The notes: generated by a model not told the origin, from the letters alone. A stretch of 64,000 bases of DNA from Paramoeba atlantica (GCA_977017575.1 CDRNVI010000014.1:186001-250000); one strand, 5' to 3'; positions 22,182-35,084 are shown, counted from the stretch's first letter. Numbers and translations are program-made.

Positions 22182-24140
22182 CTATTTCTCGTAGCACAGA
22201 CGCTTTGGACAATAGTTTTCTGGGACCGCGGCCTGTGCACAACTTCGGTTCACACACCCTTTTGGCTGCAACAAGGACTGAGCCCCTGATGGGGTGTGGC
22301 TCACTGTCAATCTCTCCACTGTACGGTTCCCTGCGTATCTAAATAAATCTACCAACGTAAGGTAGAAATCATACGGGGTAACTATTTCTCGTTCATATCG
22401 TCGAAGTTGGTCCAAAATAGGGCTGTGGTGCCCGAGGAGGCAGTGAGGTACCAACAGTGTCGCAAACGGCATCATATGCTCCAATCGACCAGCGGTGGTG
22501 TACTCAAAATACGGCCCCATGTGATGACCGTGATCCGACATGAGCACCAAAAGCGTGTTCCCGTCTTGAAACCGCGCGTCACGTAGAAAATCGACCAGAT
22601 CCTGGTCCATTAACGTCGCGACTTCCTGTGTCCCCTCATGGGGTTCCAGAAACACAGCGGTAATAAATTTCGGCTGATCGGCCGGGATGGTATCCCACAG
22701 ATCGCGTGTGTATTTCATCAGGTGCTCATGCACGTGACGATCCGTCACGCAACGTTTTGTGAGGGAATAGGGCCCAATAAAATTCCCCTCCGTTTCGGGA
22801 TATTCAGCAAGACAGAAATTCTCGTGCGCATCGGGCACGTCCCACCCGAGGGATCCGTTGCCGACATGGGAGAGCTCTGGGATGTGGGGGGCACACATAC
22901 CGTGGAGCAACGCGCTGTAATACCCAGAGGTTTTCGCAATCGAGGACAAATATGTCCCATTGTTGTATCCCGGGATGGCATCCGCTGGGGTTGGGTAGCC
23001 AGTGAACATGGGGACCATGTTCCCTGTGGTGGACATTCCCACAATATGATAACGCAGAAATTCAAGCACGTGGAAGGGAGCAGCGGTGTGGTTGCTGTTT
23101 GTCGCGGGACCCGGCTCTGTGTAGGTTGGGGTACCGTTTCCTCGAGAGGGGTGTTGAAATTCCCTGCGCCATGTTTGTAACAGTTTTTTGGTCTTTGGCA
23201 AAGCTCTGTTAAAAAACGGCCGTGACATGGCATCAAGAATTACAAGAAGAACATTCGGGGTAGATTGAGGAGATTTCGGGCGTTTCGTTGAAACTTGGTC
23301 GACTTCACGTGCAAGCGACTGAGTGCCGTTGGCCGTCGAAGCAAAAGTTGAATGACAAATGCGGTGATCTAAAAATCGATTAAAGAAGATGTGCCTCCGA
23401 GTTTCGTCCCCGCATTTCACTACGACATTTTCGATACCTCGAGGGATGTTCATTGTAAATTCTGTAATGTTTTCAAATTGTCGCAATATGGGCGTTAGCG
23501 AAACTTTTTTTCCTTGCCTCATAGCAAAGGTATCGTAACTATTTTCCCGGATAGCCTTCCGGTGGGTTGACCAATCCGTAACTTGTCCCCGACCAGCTGT
23601 ACATTGTACCGAGAGCACAGGAAAACACGTGGTTTGGTTTCTACATGCGCGAAGTGATTCGGATACGTTATAAGAATAACAACGAATATCTACAGTGCTC
23701 TTAAAGTGTGACACTTGACAATTTTGGTCACCCATAAAAAAGTTAAGAGCTCGAGACGGGAGCATGCCTTTCCAGGGTACAGGAAACGCGTCACGCGTTC
23801 CACAGACGTGATAGGGTATATCTGACAACGTAGCAGAGACATCCGCACGAGCTAAGTGAGCAGAATGTTGCACACGTTTACCAGAGAGGGATAATAAGCC
23901 CGCGAAGATCACAAGAATGATTGCCCGAAGTTCGTACGAATGGCCTTGAAAGAACGATCGAATAAATTTAAGCAAACTCCTTGTCAAACAGATCACAAGA
24001 TAAAATGCTAAATGGAGACATAACACTAGTAGAAGCTCAAGCTGCATAGTCAGCTGATTTTTGGCATGCGTCCTCAGATATGTAAAGAGGGCGCACAACA
24101 GAATACTCACCAAGAGGATGCAATCAATGTCAGGGATCAT
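22182..24140 (-). CDS. DUF229-family protein (alkaline phosphatase/sulfatase superfamily), N-terminal membrane anchors
   Basis: NVLLVILDAMSR..F.R.LPKT, YHIVG.ST..N, FLEPHE, LVDFL, NTLLVLMSDHG, RLEHMMPF motifs; hydrophobic N-terminal segments. Confidence 0.8.
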   Translation of the reverse strand: MIPDIDCILLVSILLCALFTYLRTHAKNQLTMQLELLLVLCLHLAFYLVICLTRSLLKFIRSFFQGHSYELRAIILVIFAGLLSLSGKRVQHSAHLARADVSATLSDIPYHVCGTRDAFPVPWKGMLPSRALNFFMGDQNCQVSHFKSTVDIRCYSYNVSESLRACRNQTTCFPVLSVQCTAGRGQVTDWSTHRKAIRENSYDTFAMRQGKKVSLTPILRQFENITEFTMNIPRGIENVVVKCGDETRRHIFFNRFLDHRICHSTFASTANGTQSLAREVDQVSTKRPKSPQSTPNVLLVILDAMSRPFFNRALPKTKKLLQTWRREFQHPSRGNGTPTYTEPGPATNSNHTAAPFHVLEFLRYHIVGMSTTGNMVPMFTGYPTPADAIPGYNNGTYLSSIAKTSGYYSALLHGMCAPHIPELSHVGNGSLGWDVPDAHENFCLAEYPETEGNFIGPYSLTKRCVTDRHVHEHLMKYTRDLWDTIPADQPKFITAVFLEPHEGTQEVATLMDQDLVDFLRDARFQDGNTLLVLMSDHGHHMGPYFEYTTAGRLEHMMPFATLLVPHCLLGHHSPILDQLRRYEREIVTPYDFYLTLVDLFRYAGNRTVERLTVSHTPSGAQSLLQPKGCVNRSCAQAAVPENYCPKRLCYEK

Positions 24141-24262
24141 TGCTCACTACAGAAAATAGAGTTGAAAATCGCTAAGAAACTTCATTCCCTGAAATAACAT
24201 GAACATTACGAATATTTCCTAAATGGAGATGAAATTCCGTGTGTACGTGGATAAACATAGTA

Positions 24263-25700
24263 CCGTCACCCCCCCTCACTTGTCCCGGCGAAAAGGCCAA
24301 AAAAGCGGAAAAGGCGGATAAGTCGCGTGGTAGGACAAGTCACGTAGCATCAAGAGGAACTGTATGACACATTTTTGTATACATCCGTATACATGAAAAA
24401 ACTCTTTTTCGAACTTAAAGGGGGGGCTCGTTTATTGTTAACATTCGATTATTGTTAACAATGAATTAATTTCGGTTTTTTCGTGTGACTTTTGAATTTT
24501 TTTGTTCCCTATGGTCATGTTGTATAGCGTTCTTGATAAGAAAAATGGTGCGCTTAACGATATGCGAAACAATGTTATTGAAACAACAGAGTTTCGGTCG
24601 CCCGACGATGGCAACCCCCAGAGACACAGTTTTGGGTGAAACTGGATTTGAAAACTACATAGTTCCCTAAAGAGGTATCATTGGAGAGTCGTTAGTAGCT
24701 CCGGCGATTGCAATGACCTTCAGTGACCTCCAGAGAGTGCCGAAATACCCAAATTAACAATATTCGAACTTTCATTGCAACTCGTATAATGTTAACATTG
24801 GGGGGTAAAAGTTCGATTATTGTTAATATTCGATTTTTGTTGGCGAAAAATACTCGAAAAAAATGTTAACAATAAACGAGCCCCCCCTTTATTAGGTCGG
24901 CGTCAGTACCATCAGCGAGATGGCAGTGCCAGGGAAGACCACGAGGAGGTTCCAACCTTACTTCCCCATCTCGGTTTGTGCCTAACTTTCAGAGGAAGTA
25001 GTTTTCTTTACAGAAACGGTAACTTTATCGCTTTCCGAATATAGCGTGATATAACGTGATTCTTGACTTGAAATGAACGTACATTTTAATTACGCTAAAA
25101 AGTGTGTCACCGGTAACATGAGCCCACGAACTAATAGATTAAATACATTGTATATGAATACAAATGGTGTTTGCAAGGGAAAAACAATTATCAACTGAAT
25201 TAAAGCATGTAAACAAACCCAAGTAAACAAAAAGTGCGCGAATATAGATTTTATGAAAGATAGGAAGGCGTATAACGCTAAAACGGAAAATACAATTTAA
25301 GTTTATTCTGATTTATAATACAGCTATCATTTTTAATAAAACAGTTTCTGATCTTTCTGATATTTCCAGACTTGTCTCCCACATGGGGCATTACCGCTGT
25401 GTTTTCAGTTTTCAAAGTGATGAGTACTAGTACTTGACTAGCGTTGAATGGTTCGTAGTTTCGCTTCTTTCTGGACATCATGATTCAAATAATTTTTAAA
25501 GAGATAATATCTGTAGACTGAGTGCCGTACTTTGTAGAGATAGTCGTAACTGGTTTCTATTAAATATCTGCAACTTAAAAATACGAAAACTAAATTTTCA
25601 AAAATGATCAAGGGCAGAGGGGCTACCACATGACTTATCCGCCTTCAGATTCTCAAAAGCGGATATGTAACGTGGTAGGACAAGTGAGGGGGGGTGACGG
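24263..25700. mobile_element. Non-autonomous pogo-type element (1438 bp)
   Basis: TA-CCGTCACCCCCCCTCACTTGTCC ... GGACAAGTGAGGGGGGGTGACGG-TA, perfect 23-bp TIR resembling the ends of the 14038 element. Confidence 0.85.
24418..24889. mobile_element. Nested MITE (472 bp)
   Basis: TA-AAGGGGGGGCTCGTTTATTGTTAACATT ... AATGTTAACAATAAACGAGCCCCCCCTT-TA, perfect TIR. Confidence 0.85.
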
Positions 25701-26239
25701 TAAGGTTGAAAGGCTGCAACGTAAAAAATGCATTTTTCCCCGACCAACAAAGCGAGTGATTTTGCTTCATTTTGATTCACACAATTGTGTGAGACATGAA
25801 AGGTCGCAAGTGTTGTGGGCTACTGGAACAACACACGAAGCAAAAAATCTGAAAGTACGGTCCTTCGTTTTCTGGAAAACGAAAAATCTAATAACGATGT
25901 CAAACCTCGAGGGAGGCCAGGAAGATAATTTTTTTTGTTTCAATGCACGAAAAATTTGGCTCCAATAATTCTACTCCACATAAATATTGGTCCGACTTTT
26001 TTTTCGAGCTCGAAGGACCAAATTTAAAAAATGTCAATTTTTTTGTTCGACCGGTATTTTGGGGAAGGAATGGAAACGCAAAGTGTCGAGAGCGATTAAG
26101 CAGTTTTACTCCTTATTTTTCGGGTAAGCCGAAGATGGCGAATACGAAATTCATGTTCCGGATTAAACTGTGTCAGAGGGTGTTGAAATGTCTAGTATAG
26201 CCTGTGTACGGTCAGCCGTCCCTGTGTACGGTCAGCCGA

Positions 26240-26520
26240 GTGACTGCGTTTAAATGGAAACGACAACTTCTAAGATGGGTATCGAAGGCCGTTCTTCAAT
26301 CCTTCTACATGGCAACCATTACAAGTATCGAAAGGGATGTTAGTTGCAGTCGCACAGTATAGACTACTGTTAAGAAGCGAGATAAGGCTACGTTACATGG
26401 CTTAGTGCGGAAGTGTACTGTGGACAGCTACTCTCTTCGTTGGCATGACACTGGATCCCGGCGCTTAACAAGGGAAGATACTGCTTAAGAGTCTCCAACA
26501 CAAACTTCGCACCTGACTTA
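26240..26520 (+). pseudogene. Degenerate Merlin/IS1595-type transposase fragment
   Basis: One frame reads KKRDKATLHGLVRKCTVDSYSL, matching NKKKETLQGIVKKHTVDSKRSL of ORF 36716..37408; other parts have stops. Confidence 0.55.
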
Positions 26521-26572
26521 CAAATATCTCCGGAAGTCCCCTAGATATACTCCTGTACGTCTTTAGGCACAC

Positions 26573-26608
26573 AACCACGCATAAAGATACAGTTTCTGTA
26601 CCTTGTTG
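26573..26608 (+). other. Spliced-leader (mini-exon)-like 36-mer
   Basis: AACCACGCATAAAGATACAGTTTCTGTACCTTGTTG: AAC start, ACGC, the ACAGTTTCTGTAC core conserved in euglenozoan SL exons, and a TTG end. Not followed by GT, so not an SL RNA gene. Confidence 0.65.
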
Positions 26609-29600
26609 ATCTTTTGTACTAACTGTTATCACCCCTACAGGGGCATGTCACTCCACACCACTACCTCTGCCCCCCAGGCGCAAGGCGACCTCCCTCGAGG
26701 TCCCCTTCAATGCCGAAATTTCAGCGGAACTTTCCTTAGCACGAACCCTCCGCAACAAGGCCGAATGCAAACACCAATGTTGTAAGGAGGGAGTACTCAG
26801 CCGCCCTCAGGACGCTCGGCAGGAACCCACCCGCTGGAGCCTACGCAACCTCTTCTCGTGGAATCTGTCTAACAACGAGACAAACGGACAAGCACCTGCT
26901 GGTCACAGCGAAAGATCCGTATCTTTTGAGCCCCAAAGACAGGTAGAAACCAAAATAGGCGCCGCACGGAGTTCACCACGAGATCAGCGCCACGAAAGAC
27001 GCTCCACAAATGCCTCCGAAGAAACCCGCATCAATCAGTCTCCACGACAACCAGCACATCCACCGGTGAACAACGTAACCTCGGAACCAGCGCCAACCTT
27101 CGGAACTGAAAGTAACACACAGACGCTTACCCAGACTCTCCCACCGCGGGGCGGACCACGGCAGACCCACGGGCCGAATGACAGCACGATCCTGAACTCA
27201 CAGAGGAATAGATCTCGAAATGAAAACATATTAGACACCGAGACGGCTGAATACTTGTTAAGCACCATGCGTACGATCGAAGGAGGGCGGGTCATGATAA
27301 GCCTCTCACAGGACCAATGGCAGCTGGCAATAAAGAAGGCCATGGATAGATGTAAAAAGTACTTAAAGCCTGCATCAACCCCGAGCGAAGCCCTACTACA
27401 TACGGAATTACTGACAGCTTGCATGGCGGTCTCGGTTTATGAAGTTGTACGGGAACTCGACCCCACCAAAGGGTTCAAATTGCGCTCCAAAATTGGCCAT
27501 GCGAAACGCCCCACACGACCCCTTAGCTATGACCGCTCTGCGAAGCAACTAGCAGGACACATCCGTCAACTGAAACGTACTCTTTCCTTTACCCACGGAC
27601 GCTCAGAAAGGGACCGCTTGATCGGCAACATAAAAGAAGCGACCAAAGCGCATAAGCTGTACACGGAAGAAGCGAAACTAGTCAAACAAGAACGAGAGAA
27701 ACGCTGGATGATGGACAGGTTCCAAAGAAACCCTTAGACAGCAGCCGGAGAGTGTCTTGACAAGAACGAGCAACTGGTAAATCAGCCGGCAACCTTTCCA
27801 GACTGCTCGCAAGCAGCTATCGAAACATTTTTCCAAGAATCGTTAAGCACAGACACGGAAGATCATAGTCTACCTCCAACAAACCTCCTTGGCCTGGATC
27901 TAGAGAATGCAATGGAATGGGAAGCAATCGACGTACCAACCATAGCAGTGGCAATCTCCTCGAAACGCCCCTCGGCTGCCCCAGGCTCCGATAACGTGGG
28001 AAACGCATTTCTTCGACGCTGCGAAGAGCTCTACCCGTTCATCGCGCAAGTCTTCAATGACGTACTGAAGCATTCGGTCAGCCCTCCCTATTGGAAACAG
28101 GCCGTCACCCGACTCATTCACAAAGGCGGAGCTCCCAACCAATTGTCCAACTGGAGACCCATCAGTCTTACGAGCTGCCTTGGTAAGTTACTCCACTCCA
28201 TTATTGGCCACAGAATCTTGAGCCATGCTGTGACGACAGGAATAATTGACACAACCATACAAAAAGGATTTTTGCCAAACGTAAATGGAACTATCGAGCA
28301 TACCCAGTCACTCTGTGAACTATTGGACTTTCAACGACAGCATAAACGACAATACTGCCTTGGTCAATTTGACTTAAAGAACGCGTTTGGTTCTCTCCCA
28401 CACTCCATTCTCTTTCAAGTCCTAACGTGGGCAAAGGTATCACCTCAAATCATCGCGTACATCCGCTCCCTATACCATGATGCGACTATCCGGATCAAAT
28501 GTTCGGAAGGGCTGACCAAACACATCCCCGTCAAACGAGGTGTCCTCCAGGGCGACACACTATCCCCCGTACTATTCAATCTCGCGATGGAAGTGGTTCT
28601 ACGATATCTCCGATCGAGCTTCCCTAGCTATGGTATTAAATGGGGCAACCAAGAGTCGTTCTTAAAAGCCTTTGCACACGATCTGGCTATCATCACGAAC
28701 TCGGCTGAAGAAATGCAACACGTGACGAACGCCCTGGTGAACATGCTTTCCAGGTTAGGCATGCTCCTTAACGTACCGAAATGTCGTCTCCAACACATGT
28801 CTGTAGCAGAAGGCGGATATAAGACCCACAGACCCCGTATCTTGGCATACGGTGAGAGTATTCCCAACGTTTGCGACAAAGGAAGTCAGTTCCTAGGTAT
28901 GACACTCGCGCCGGGGGCCCAACAAGGGAAGGTACTGTTCAAAAGTCTCCTAAAGCAGCTACGATTTTGGTTGAACAATGTATCCAATAGTGCCCTAGAT
29001 ACCCCCGCTCGTCTCTGGGCCTATAATAACGTAATCATATCTCGCCTGCGATATGTGCTCACGGTCAATCCAGGAATCACACTAAACTTTATCCTTCGAC
29101 TACAAAAATATGCGACGAGACACATTCGAAAATGGATAAACATGGCCAAAACAGCTACGAGCGAAGTTCTGTACTCTGAACGCGGCTGGGCTCTCACCAG
29201 CCTGTCTAAGCTTTGGTTACTCTGCACAGGCACAGCAGTTGAACAGATGAAAAAATCTCGTGATCCAGCAGTGCAACAAGCGCTGAGATATCGCATCCGT
29301 CGTGAACACGACAAACGTTCTTCCGGACAAGTGCGACCAGTCGTCGAGTTGTACGACCGCAGTGGAAATCACGCATCGACACGGCAGTACATTGAACATG
29401 AATACGAAAGACATCTCTCAGAAGCTGTGCAGCGTCGAGCACCAATCGCGGGGCAGTGGTTTCGCATGGCTACAGAAGACGACCTCGCGAAAGACTTCGC
29501 TGCTGCTCTGTGCAATATTAAAAGTACGTCGCTCTCCAGATTTGCTTCATCTGTTCTGACACAGACCCCGCTTCCGACCCGATCCGCCTTACACCGCTGG

Positions 29601-30310
29601 GGCCTCAGTTCCCACACGAACCGTAAATGCCCCATTTGCACAGAAGACGTACAAACTGTGCGCCACGTTCTAACAGGCTGCAAGGCCGCCCTGCAACAGG
29701 GGCGGTATACCTTCCGACACAACCTCATTCTACACGCCCTTGCAGATGCTATTCGACAATCCCCCGAAACCGCACAGTATCACTTTGACCTCGCTCACCA
29801 TCAGAATCCGCCAACCTGGCTGAGCGGGCAAGAAACGTCCCTCCGACCTGATGGATGGGTCCAACTTAAGAACGGTTCTGAGTTCATACTCGAACTGACA
29901 TCTCCGTGGGAGGAAAACTTTATCTCCTCACACGAACGGAAGATGCAGAAGTATGGACATATGTATCTACAGCGGAAAATGTCGAACCCAGCCACTTTTC
30001 TCCTGGCCATTGAAGTAGGTGCCAGGGGAAAGCTCAACAGCTCAACTCGAGCACTGAACTCCTTTTTTGGTGGAAACAAGGCCACCGCCTCGCGATGTCG
30101 TCAGCATATGGCAACAAGAGCCCTTAGTGGCAGTTTCAAAATTTTTAATAATCGCGACATTGAGCAGTGGAGTGAGGGCACGTGCTGGTGAAGAGTTTTA
30201 AAAACCTAGGAGAAACTCGTTTTGTGCGAGGATTGCGTGCTAGTCATGCATCTTCTAGGTATCAATCTCTGCAGTTAAACTGCATGAATATCGAACAACC
30301 TCGCGACTAA
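26573..30310 (+). mobile_element. R2-superfamily (HERO/NeSL-like) non-LTR retrotransposon, RT + CCHC + restriction-like endonuclease, probably inactivated
   Basis: One frame open from 26610 to 30191 except a TAG at 27735..27737. RT motifs WRPISL, QKGF, DLKNAFGSL, GVLQGDTLSP, FAHD; C-terminal CPIC...HVLTGC, RYTFRHN, RPDG, LELTSPWE, K.QKY. 3' boundary approximate. Confidence 0.88.
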
Positions 30311-30320
30311 TATACTTATA

Positions 30321-31071
30321 TAGGGGTGAAAACTTCCATCTGTGGGGGGGCTAAATTTTGTAAAAATTGTCCAATTTTGGAAAATAATAGCGCATTGGAG
30401 AGATCTCGCAGAGTTGTATGTCTTTGGCGTATTCGGAACGCTCGGTTTGAAAGATTTAATCCGATGAGAAAAAACATGTTTTTTTTCTTGTGAAAATATG
30501 GCAATTTTTCATTTTTGACCCATTTTACGCCCCAAAAGCGAGTTCGCTCAAGGAATTCTCATGGTGTTTCGAACGCCCGTTCTTATGCTTAGCCAGGGAA
30601 GATTAAAGTACACTAAAGATTACTTCTTGTGGCCGACTTCGAGAAAAAACAGTCTTCTTCCCGGACTTATCAAAGTGTTTGGATCCACTAGGGAACTGTG
30701 AAACTCTGGGTGGAACGATTCATGTTTTTTACGATAAACTTCAGACAAAAGACTAAGATAAGTTTGATAATATGTTAAAAAACTTCAGAAAACGTTGTAG
30801 AATCATCGTAGAAAAGAAGGGTGCATATTGTGGATGCAACATGGGTTTTAAAATAATGTTTCCTAAAAATATCTGATATTTTTATTATTTCTTTAAGTGA
30901 CAATTTGCTTTTTTGGCCTATTCGGTATTTGGAGTTCTAATTTGATATGTCAAAAGCTACCAGTGCAAAGACATACAAATCTGCGAGAGCTCTCGAATGC
31001 GGTATTATTTTCCGAAATTGAAAAGTTTTTGCAAATTTTAGACCCTCCCCAGATGGAAGTTTTCACCCCTG
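30321..31071. mobile_element. Tc1/mariner deletion derivative with about 110-bp imperfect TIRs
   Basis: TA-TAGGGGTGAAAACTTCCATCTG ... CAGATGGAAGTTTTCACCCCTG-TA; internal remnant FRKRCRIIVEKKG resembles a transposase C-terminus. Confidence 0.75.
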
Positions 31072-31344
31072 TATGTGTTTACACCGAATCCTGGCCTAAC
31101 CATGAACTTCATCCTGAGACTTCAGAAATTCGTAACTAGGCACATTCGCAAATGATTGAATATGGCGCAGAGCGCCACAAGTGAACTATTGTACTCGATG
31201 CAAGGATGGGGACTTACGAGCCTATCGCAACAAGCAAAGATAAAAAACGTTTTTGGGAAACAAATTAAGCACCGCTTCGCGGCGCCTATACGCACCGAAC
31301 CCAAAATTCAACACTAAATAGGGGAGTTGAGCACTCAATAGTAA

Positions 31345-31806
31345 ATGGGGGGGACAGTAAAGGAAAAAATTATTAATTCTGCTACTATGCCGAAGAGCAA
31401 ACATGCCGGGGTTGCGCGCCGTAAGAATCAGCTAACGCTCGAAGCTTGTGCATTTTCCTCGATGGATGACAAGAAACAGTTCACCCAACAACCACAGTCC
31501 TACGTCCTCAGTATCACGGGAAGTAAACTTGAAGGAAAAAGTATATACAGAAGTATTAAGGGATATAGAAGTATTAAGTTGGGATACAGAAGTATTAAGT
31601 TTTGTTCAGAAAGTGCATTTCACGCCGAGGCGTACGGTGAAGTTCGAGTATGGAACGTTGATGAGATGGGGTTGTTTATTTCACATGGGTCGAAGTATGT
31701 TTACTGCAAAAAAGGTTTCCTAGCCCCAGAAGCAATGTCCAATGTCAACTCAAAAAGTCGGGTGCAGACTACTTATATTGTAGTCAAAAAATCTGTTTTA
31801 TTTTAG
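31345..31806 (+). pseudogene. pogo-type transposase remnant
   Basis: VWNVDEMGLF matches the first catalytic Asp motif (N.DETG) of DDE_1 transposases; the rest is decayed. Confidence 0.5.
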
Positions 31807-32684
31807 TTCTATTTTGACATTAATAAGGTAGCTCCAAGTAATGTGTATCATATAAAGAGTATTTAGGAACGGTATTTAGTCGGCGTCTGTACCATCAGTT
31901 CAATAAACTTATTTGTATCTTTTACGCTTTCACCCTTTATGCCTTCATCCTTCCTATCTTTCACAAACTTTTAAAGAGAAGTGTCGGCTAAACTGAAGCA
32001 AAATTCGGTTTTTTCATAAATCTGTTCAAAAATTGCTCCAAATCTATTGAAAAACTTAAACTGACAACTTAGGCTTAAAATGCGGACACTATACATACAC
32101 GCAAATGCAATGCTCTGTCAAGTTAAATTTTCAAGCACGCGCAGCAATGCATCCCCCCCATTACACTTCAAGCTTCCGCTTGCCTGCTCTGCGTAGGCCT
32201 GCACCCGATCTTCTCTCCGGGCGGCTTTCCGGCCCTACACGCCACCTTCACGCTTCAAGCGCTTCTTTACGTGTACTCCACAGCGTTTGTGCGTATGCTT
32301 TCCTCAGTGACGCACAGTCGACGGTGGTTCACGCTTTCCCACTTGTAGTTCTCCGCAAGACGAATATTGTGACGAGCGCCGTCTGTCCAAATTCAGGTAA
32401 GTTCTATAATTCCGGGGACGAGAAGCGGAAGTGCGATCTGGAACGATTTCCGCACAAAACAATGCCACATCCAACAAAACTCGTACCAGCGGGCCTAACC
32501 TCACTTAACCTCAATAAACGGAAGACGTGTGACACAGTTCATTTCAAGACACTCACAACAAAACCCACCATCAAAGTGATTGACCATGATTTTACCCGTA
32601 CCTGAGAACGTAAAAACGTCAAAGATACTAGCAAAGATTCTAAACTATATCTTTTGCAAGAAACAGCAGCAAAACATAATAATA

Positions 32685-35084
32685 CCGTTACCCCCCCCCT
32701 TAGAGGGCTGAAACCACCTGAGTTTGCCTAGGTTTGTCTGGGTTTGCGACAAGCAAACCCCCGATACCCCTGGCATACCATGGAAAATAACGGAAAAAGG
32801 GTGTAAAATGACCCTCTATGTAGATAATGTCTTTTTGTTGAAAAGAAAAACATCAAGCTAAAAAGTCATAAAAAAGCGAGTTTTCCTTTACTTTCACCCT
32901 AATTTTCTATATTGTACAGTGGTTTCAATATATCTTCCCCCTTGCGGAAATTTGATTTTTTTATCTGTTTTTTCTCATTTTTGCAGCATTGGATAGATCT
33001 CGTTCCCCTGGTCAAAAGTTTTGCCGCCTTGTTTATGCAGGGACCCCCTGGCTTCCCCTGGGTCCAAAATACTTGGTTTTTTGGGGAGTTATTTTTCTGA
33101 AACACATCATTTTTTCTCGCTTTTTTTGTCGTTTTATGCTTTGTCAAAATATTTGCTCTCGGACTTTAGCTTGTTTTCATTGTATTTGATAGATCTCGGT
33201 CCTAGCAAATACCTTTGTTCTTTTTTCTTATTTGATAGAGAAATCTTTGCCACAGCCGCCTCGACCACCACCCGGTTTTCAACCGGCGGGCTTTTCTTGA
33301 TCGAGTGAGGTGGCCACCTTCCAGTGGCAAGATGAATGAATGTTTCCACTCACTTATCTCAGGGGAGACACCCCATTACAGGGTACTCGCTCCCTACACA
33401 CTCCCTGCACCCTCCTTCGCCTCCAACCTGGACCCGGCTTCGCCCCCCCCCTATACCCTCCATACGTATATCCCCTTGGAGTCCCCTAGACCCGCCCGGA
33501 TTCTCCAGCGAACTCCATAGCCGGGAAAACGCCAAGTACCTTCGCCATTGATTTCTCTTGGGACCTGACTGGGTTTGCCTGAGTTTGCATTTTACTGGTT
33601 TCAGCCCTCTTAGATATCCCGCATTCCGTCTCCGAAATGGGCAGTTTGAGGATAAGTAACGTACTAGGATAAGTAGCATACTAGGATAAGTAGCGTACTA
33701 GAAGAAGTTCGCGCGACATTTGCGCCAGAAGTTATTTTTAGCATGATACAATCGCGCCGAAAGCATTCGCCGATGTGTTCTTTTGGACGGAGTTGCACGC
33801 TGTCCAAGTGAGGCATCAAAATCAAGAAAAAGGGATAGGGATACCTCGGTTGGGTGACTTGCGTACAAGTCTAGCACGAATAAAGTCTTGCCGGGGGGAT
33901 ACTTGCTCGTGTCAAAAAACATCCTCTATCATTCATTGAAAAAAGGAATCTCCTGTTATCCAGCCTGATCCTGTAACGGTTGAAGTGCAACAGTACAGAT
34001 CTGATGCTGCCTTCGTTTCCCGTGCAACTCGACCTCGACAAGACTGAGCGCTCCACAACAGGTGCAGTGGAAACAAACGATGTTCCCAAGTACGTTGTTC
34101 TGGGAGGAACCGGGAAAAAGCACAGGCATTGTCCAAAACCAAGATGTTACCATGGCCTTTTCTTTCATGTCTTAACTTTCACCCTCTTTGTGCCACGGAT
34201 TTCCTAGGTTATTTCACTTGTGGGCTCCCGACACACCGAAGCCTCATCACCAGTCACAATATATGACTTATGTATTGTACACAATATACATACACCGCGG
34301 TTCCTGCGTACCCACCGCGGTTCCCTTATTTAGTCTAGTACACCCCCTCTAGCTCTCCACTCTAAAAAAATACCTACAGAAACTGTCAGAGTCCGCCAGA
34401 AACTGTCAGAGTCCGCGAGTTCCCGCCAGAAACTGCCAGCGACCTACAGCGATCTATAGGTACCGTCTACATACTCTCCATTTTCTTCGCGAAGTAAAGA
34501 CACCGTTTCTGAAAAATATGCTTCACTGAAGCCTGACAAGTTGTGCTGAGTTTGTCAACTCAGCATGGGGAAGCATGGTCGGGACCTCATCGCGGTCTTC
34601 CCTGGAACTATCATTTTGCAGATGATATTTACTCAGACTTACATTTTGCAGATAGACAACCTACTCAAACGACAGAAATACCGTTTCTGCAAAAATTAAT
34701 TTTATCAAGTTGGCAAATTTTTTGAGGGCAGTGCAAAAATTAGTAAATTTTTAATTAGTAAAACTTTTTTTATTATTTTACAATAAAAGTTTTACTAATT
34801 TTTGCGAGCACTGTATCTTTCGTCGAAAATGAACGCCGTACTCACTGACAAACGTTTGCTTCCTATCTACGAATCATGATTCTCATTGTTCTCAGAACAC
34901 CGAGAATTATATTCTGAATATAACTGTGCACAACTCTTAAAAATTTTACTACTGATTTTTTAAGAAAAGATTCTGAAAATTTTCTCTGTAAACTAGTATG
35001 CTACTTATCCTCTCGTGACCCAGAGGTTTCATCACAAAAGAGGATAAGTAGCGTACTAGGATATCTAAGGGGGGGGGGTAACGG
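32685..35084 (-). mobile_element. Non-autonomous pogo derivative B (about 1.49 kb when empty) with decayed transposase
   Basis: TA-CCGTTACCCCCCCCC ... GGGGGGGGGTAACGG-TA; minus-strand fragments SGWITGDSFF and SKYPPGKTLFVLDLYASH are homologous to the intact pogo protein; GGATAAGTAGCGTACT repeats. Confidence 0.85.
32703..33609. mobile_element. PIF/Harbinger-type non-autonomous insertion (907 bp) inside the terminal region of element B
   Basis: TTA-GAGGGCTGAAACCA ... TGGTTTCAGCCCTC-TTA; removing it restores the end seen in element C (CCCCCCC-TAGATATCCCGCATTCC). Confidence 0.85.

Noticed and set aside
27735-27737. In-frame TAG as evidence of stop-codon reassignment
   Set aside because: Conserved genes here terminate at TAG (CCT8), TAA (LRRs) and TGA (pogo) at expected positions, and the same element also has a mutated catalytic motif, so simple decay is more likely.
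32105-32605. 166-aa plus-strand ORF
   Set aside because: No recognisable domain, opposite to the gene-bearing strand, composition not clearly coding.
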